Below are positions 59,741-64,000 of a DNA stretch of 64,000 nt, one piece after another. This stretch comes from Macrostomum lignano (Eukaryota). The notes beneath the pieces were generated by a model, which made no database searches, was not told the DNA's origin, and was given only the letters and a program-made list of their open reading frames with translations. A program made the translations under genes and the position numbers. The stretch covers positions 248,001 through 312,000 of the forward strand of contig NIVC01000581.1 of NCBI GenBank assembly GCA_002269645.1, in the 5' to 3' direction. The first letter of the stretch is position 1; the number at the start of each line of letters is the position of its first letter.

Positions 59741-62700
59741 CTACAGGTCCGTTGAGCCTTCCTCTCCATCGGCCCCGTCTGCCTCGTAGGCCTCGTTGAC
59801 CACCTCTGCGCTGGTTGGGTTCTCGGCGGAGGCTGGAGCAGCGGAGGCGGGGGCAGCTGCAGTGCCGGCCTCGGCCGCTCCAAAGGCTGCTGCGCCGCCT
59901 CCGGCTGCAGCGGCGGTGGGAGCCACCACAGAGCTAGCGCCCATCACCACCTTAACGACCACAAAGATGGCGAGACCGATCAGGGCAACGCCAAGGATCG
60001 GGATCACGGTAACAAGAGCGTAGAAGCCAGAGTCTGGGCTGTCCTGGGGACCGATCGGTGGCCTCGTGCTGCTGCTCGGCGCCTGAGTGGTCATCGTTGT
60101 CGGCTCTGGAGTCATTGTGGTGGTCGTAGCCGAAGTACTGGTCGAGGTGATCGTAGTCGGACTAGTGGCTGAGCTGGTCGTAGTCGGCGGTGCAGTTGTC
60201 GAGGTCGTCGTCGGTGTGGCCGTCGGACTCGTAGCAGTTGTAGTCGCAGGGTAGACCAGATCGTCAACATAGGGCAGGACTTTCTCCCACCAGCCGCAGT
60301 CCTGCCTGCGGAAGCCAAAGTTCAGCTCTGGGAACCTGTCAATGCCGAGAGCCCGGAAGTACTTGGTCTTCTTGAAGCCCAGCTCGTATGGCCTCCAGGT
60401 TGGGGAGCTGGGATTAGCATTCGGGTTTCCGTCCCTGGCAAACTTGACGAAGCGCCTCATGATGGATTCAGAGAGGTTGGCTCTCTCAACGGTTTCGGCA
60501 GGGCCCGGGCTTGTTGGATTTCCGAAGAAGAAGAAGGCGTCTTCGACTGAAAATATCAGACGGGTCGTGGCTAGCTTGATCTAGTAGTGCAAAGACCTGG
60601 CGATTCGCAATGGGAAAAAACTCATTGTAACTTACACAGCGTCGCGCCCAACAGGGGCAGGCTTTCCCCTTGGAACAGAGCTTTCTCGTCAAACAGATAG
60701 TAATAAGTGGAGTTGGTAGGGTTTTTCTCGACAAACTTCTCGGTAAACTCGGTGATGTCGCAAGTGAAATAGCGGTCGCTCAGCGCCTCCGCCCACTCGC
60801 GAATCTTGAGCTCGAAGCTCTCCAGGTTTGCCCATGGGGATTTGAATAGTTTGAGAGCCTCCTGTCCGCTGGTTGTCATTTGAGTCGGGAACCTTGGGAA
60901 GAAAGTGTTGGACTCGACCAGGGCCTGAGGTTATGCGGAAATCGGGAATATTTTATTTATTATTTTGGTAGCAACAAAGCAAATTTTCGAAGCCAAGTAG
61001 TCAGTATCAAAGTGACAGTTACCTGTCGGTACGTTTCCAGAGTAAAGTTCTCCTTGTTCAAAATAATGTTGCCTACAATGCGCTCCAGCAGGAAGTTTCC
61101 TGGGCTGCTGGTCTGGCCGATGATCATCGGCATCTTCGCAAATTTGCCATCCCGGACGAGAACCCATGGGTCAGCGGTAAAGAAGTCATTGTCAATGATG
61201 GGCTGGAACTCAATGCCCGTGAAAATCTGGTTGAAATCTTCCTGCTTCTCGTTAATAACGTCGGCTGAGAGAGACTGCAGGCAGTTGACCACATCAGAGC
61301 TGCAGTTCAAAGTCCTGACGAACTCGGCATGGTACTGCTTCACAAAGTCTGGCTTGTCGCTGAGCGGGTAGCTTTGGATCGGGCTGCCAGTCATCATGAT
61401 GACTCGGTGGAACGGCTTGTTTGCAGTCGGTTCTCTGAGGAGGTGGTATCCAACAGAGATGGAGCCGGCCTCAGCTCCCGCCAGTGTTATGGCATTCTTG
61501 TCACCACCGAATGCTTCAATGTTCTTCGCCACCCAGCTGATGGCAGCCTCCTGGTCGAACAAGCCCATGTTTCCGGTGATACCGCTGGCCATCGAGCTAT
61601 TCAGAGCCAAGAAGCCAAAGGCGCCGAGTCGATAGTTGATTGTAACGATCACAGCTTGCTCGTGGTCCAGGATATTCTCTCCGTTCCAGCGTGATTCCGC
61701 CGAGGATCCAACTTCAAAGAAGCCACCGTGAATGAACACAATCACCGGGTACGTGCCGCTAGGGTTGCTTTCGGTTCTTGGTGTCCAGATATTTAGAGTG
61801 AGGCAATCTTCGGTCATGTTCGCGAAATTGTAGTAATTCCTTTGATAGCATGGAAGTCCCATTTCCAGTGCCATATGAGTCACACCTAAGCATCAGTACA
61901 ACATTGATTGGTTAATTGTCTAAGCAAAGACTCCATTAGTAACGCAAAACTGACTTACCATCACCAGCGTCCCTCAACGGCTCGGGCTTCTTAAAACGCA
62001 GATCTCCCAACGGTGGCTGGGCGTATCGCACACCCAAAAACTCCGATATTGTGTTATTGTCCGTGGTCAGCACTGTGCTTCCAACAACTGTGCCATAGCC
62101 GCTTACTGAGACATTATAGTTCCGAATTGCAGTCCTCGTTCTTCTCGGGATGATCCTGTCAGATTTGGGAGCCTCATTGGTGGTAACGTCAGGCAGAGAC
62201 AGCGCGGACTTCCGTCGCAGTGGTTCGGGCGACTTCTTTGCACTTTTCACCAGGCCATCGACATACGGCAGATCATAGTACCAGACTCCGCAGCGTTGAA
62301 TAGTGCTGGCTCCTTCGGTGGCATTGTAGCGATCACTATAGAGGTTGTTGTAGTCGGCGTAGTCCCATACTCCGAGTTTTGTTGTCTGCCAGGATGGATC
62401 TAAAGTGTTTGGGACGTGGTTTGCATTATTCATCTTGCATATCATGAAATAATTTGAATTTTTAAGAGACATTTGTATTTTTTACTCACTTGGCTTGCCG
62501 TCCTTTACGAACTTGACAATGTCGCGCATCATGCGAACGGAAAGGTTTCTGTGCGATTCTGGGTAGGCGATGCCAGTGCCCGCCGGAATGCCAAAGAAGT
62601 AGCGCAGATCGGCCTGATGGTCTGAGCCCAGTTGCATTCGATCAGTATCCCATGGGTCTCGAGCAGTAAACACGTACAGGTAGGTCTCAGTGCTGGTCTG

Positions 62701-64000
62701 GTTCCGGCCCTTCTGCACGATTGTCTCCCACACAGGGCAAAGGAAATAGCGATCTCCGACTGCCTGGCCCCAGGTGTTAAGCAGAGTCTGCTTGTCGGGA
62801 CTGCCGATGTAGTCGTCGAAGTACAGATTGATAAAGTCCGTGCCAGTTTCGCTCAGTTTGCGAGGGAATCGCGGGTGGTAAGGGAAAGTTCGGTTGAGAA
62901 GCTGAAAATGAATTACGGTTCCAATCATGAATTTTAACCGTTTGGTATTTGTAGAAAACGCACTAAAATTTGGTCAAATTACTATTTACCTGCGTGTAGG
63001 TTTCTGCATCAATGTCAGCGAGGGTTAGATTCTGGTTCACCAGGGCTTGTTCAACATAGCTTCCACCGGTGTCAGTTGTGAATCCCATTAGCATTTCAGT
63101 GTTTGACGAGCCTTGCTCCTGGTGCCTCCAAGCCTCAAGTGGGTCGCGGTTGTTGAAGAAGGCACTATCCAGCACAGGTCTAAACTCTAGAGTGAGAAGT
63201 AGCTGCAGGAATGGAGTTTGAGCGTCCACAATATTTTTAGTATCCAGAGTTTTAAGGCAGGTGATGGCCTCGGAGATATTAGTACTTGGGCAGCCAAGCG
63301 CGAGGGACACGAATGCAAGGTTCAGCTCTCGGGTGTTTTCCTTGCCTCCGTTGCTGTCGTACCAGGCCATTGGCATTGTTGGCGAGCCACCCATCATGAT
63401 CGCTCGCTTGAAATTCTGCTTCGATGCGGTGATGCTGTGGAATCCAACGGCTGCTGCTCCGATGCCGTGGCCAGCTAGTGCAATGTTCTCGGGGTCTCCA
63501 CCGAACATGCTGATGTACCTCTTCACCTCGTTCAACGCCAGACGCTGATCCAACAAACCCATGTTTCCAGGAAGCTCGCTATCGCTAAGATATAGGAAGC
63601 CGAATGCGCCCAGCCGGTAGGCCACAGTGACTAGAACAACATCCTCGTACGAGAGAAGATTCTCACCGAACAGTTCGCGCTGACTGATGGAGCCGGATTC
63701 AAAGTTCCCGCCGTGAAGGTAAACAATCACTGGGTAGTTGCGTCCTTGAACTGCACCGGGCGTCCAGATGTTTAGGTACAGACAGTCTTCAGAGTATGCT
63801 ACACCAAGAGTGCGATTGTCTTGTGGACAAGCATGAGGCAGCGTTTGAGCAATAAATGTGCCCGGACTGTTGGGAATAGCTCTCGGCGGAGCAAATCGGA
63901 GGTCTCCGACAGGAGGTTCCGCATACGGCACGCCCAGAAATCGAGAGATGTTCTTCATTCCGTTTGGTGTGAGAACGCGATGTCCGACGATTGAAAGGTC
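59741..64000 (-). CDS. Cholinesterase-like adhesion-type membrane protein with at least two tandem non-catalytic carboxylesterase domains, a Thr-rich stalk, TM helix and short tail; 5' end outside the window
   Basis: Two sets of FLGV.YA.PP.GDLRF, EDCL.LNIW, HGG.F..GS, YRLGAFGFL, GNMGL.DQ, FGGD; nucleophile elbows GHGIG and GAEAG; TM ALVTVIPILGVALIGLAIFVVV. Confidence 0.85.

Overview
Eukaryotic (animal) genomic DNA with GC-rich spliced exons and many intronic minisatellites. The style suggests a flatworm such as Macrostomum, but that is inference only. The centrepiece is a complete 17,438-bp Polinton/Maverick (adintovirus-like) element at 19332-36769, with AGTAGT termini, 339-bp TIRs and a perfect 6-bp TSD (CGCAAC). 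It encodes MCP, packaging ATPase, minor capsid, adenain-like protease, protein-primed PolB, a PLA2-integrase fusion, a fibre-like lectin protein and a PD-(D/E)xK nuclease, and several of these genes carry lesions. The most striking observation is a 306-nt, IC1-like group I intron (21284-21589, minus strand) inside the PLA2 Ca-binding motif of the integrase gene. It has a near-complete P1-P10 fold but ends in A rather than the usual omega-G. Host genes: a Mesh-like AMOP/VWD/Sushi gene, an FkbM methyltransferase with a P-element/THAP relic in intron 1, a PHD+CXXC (CFP1-like) gene, an MFS transporter, and a tandem catalytically dead cholinesterase-like membrane protein. Other mobile elements: an internally deleted RNase H LINE with TSD, Ty3/gypsy remnants and two MITEs. 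All calls were made by eye, without database searches.
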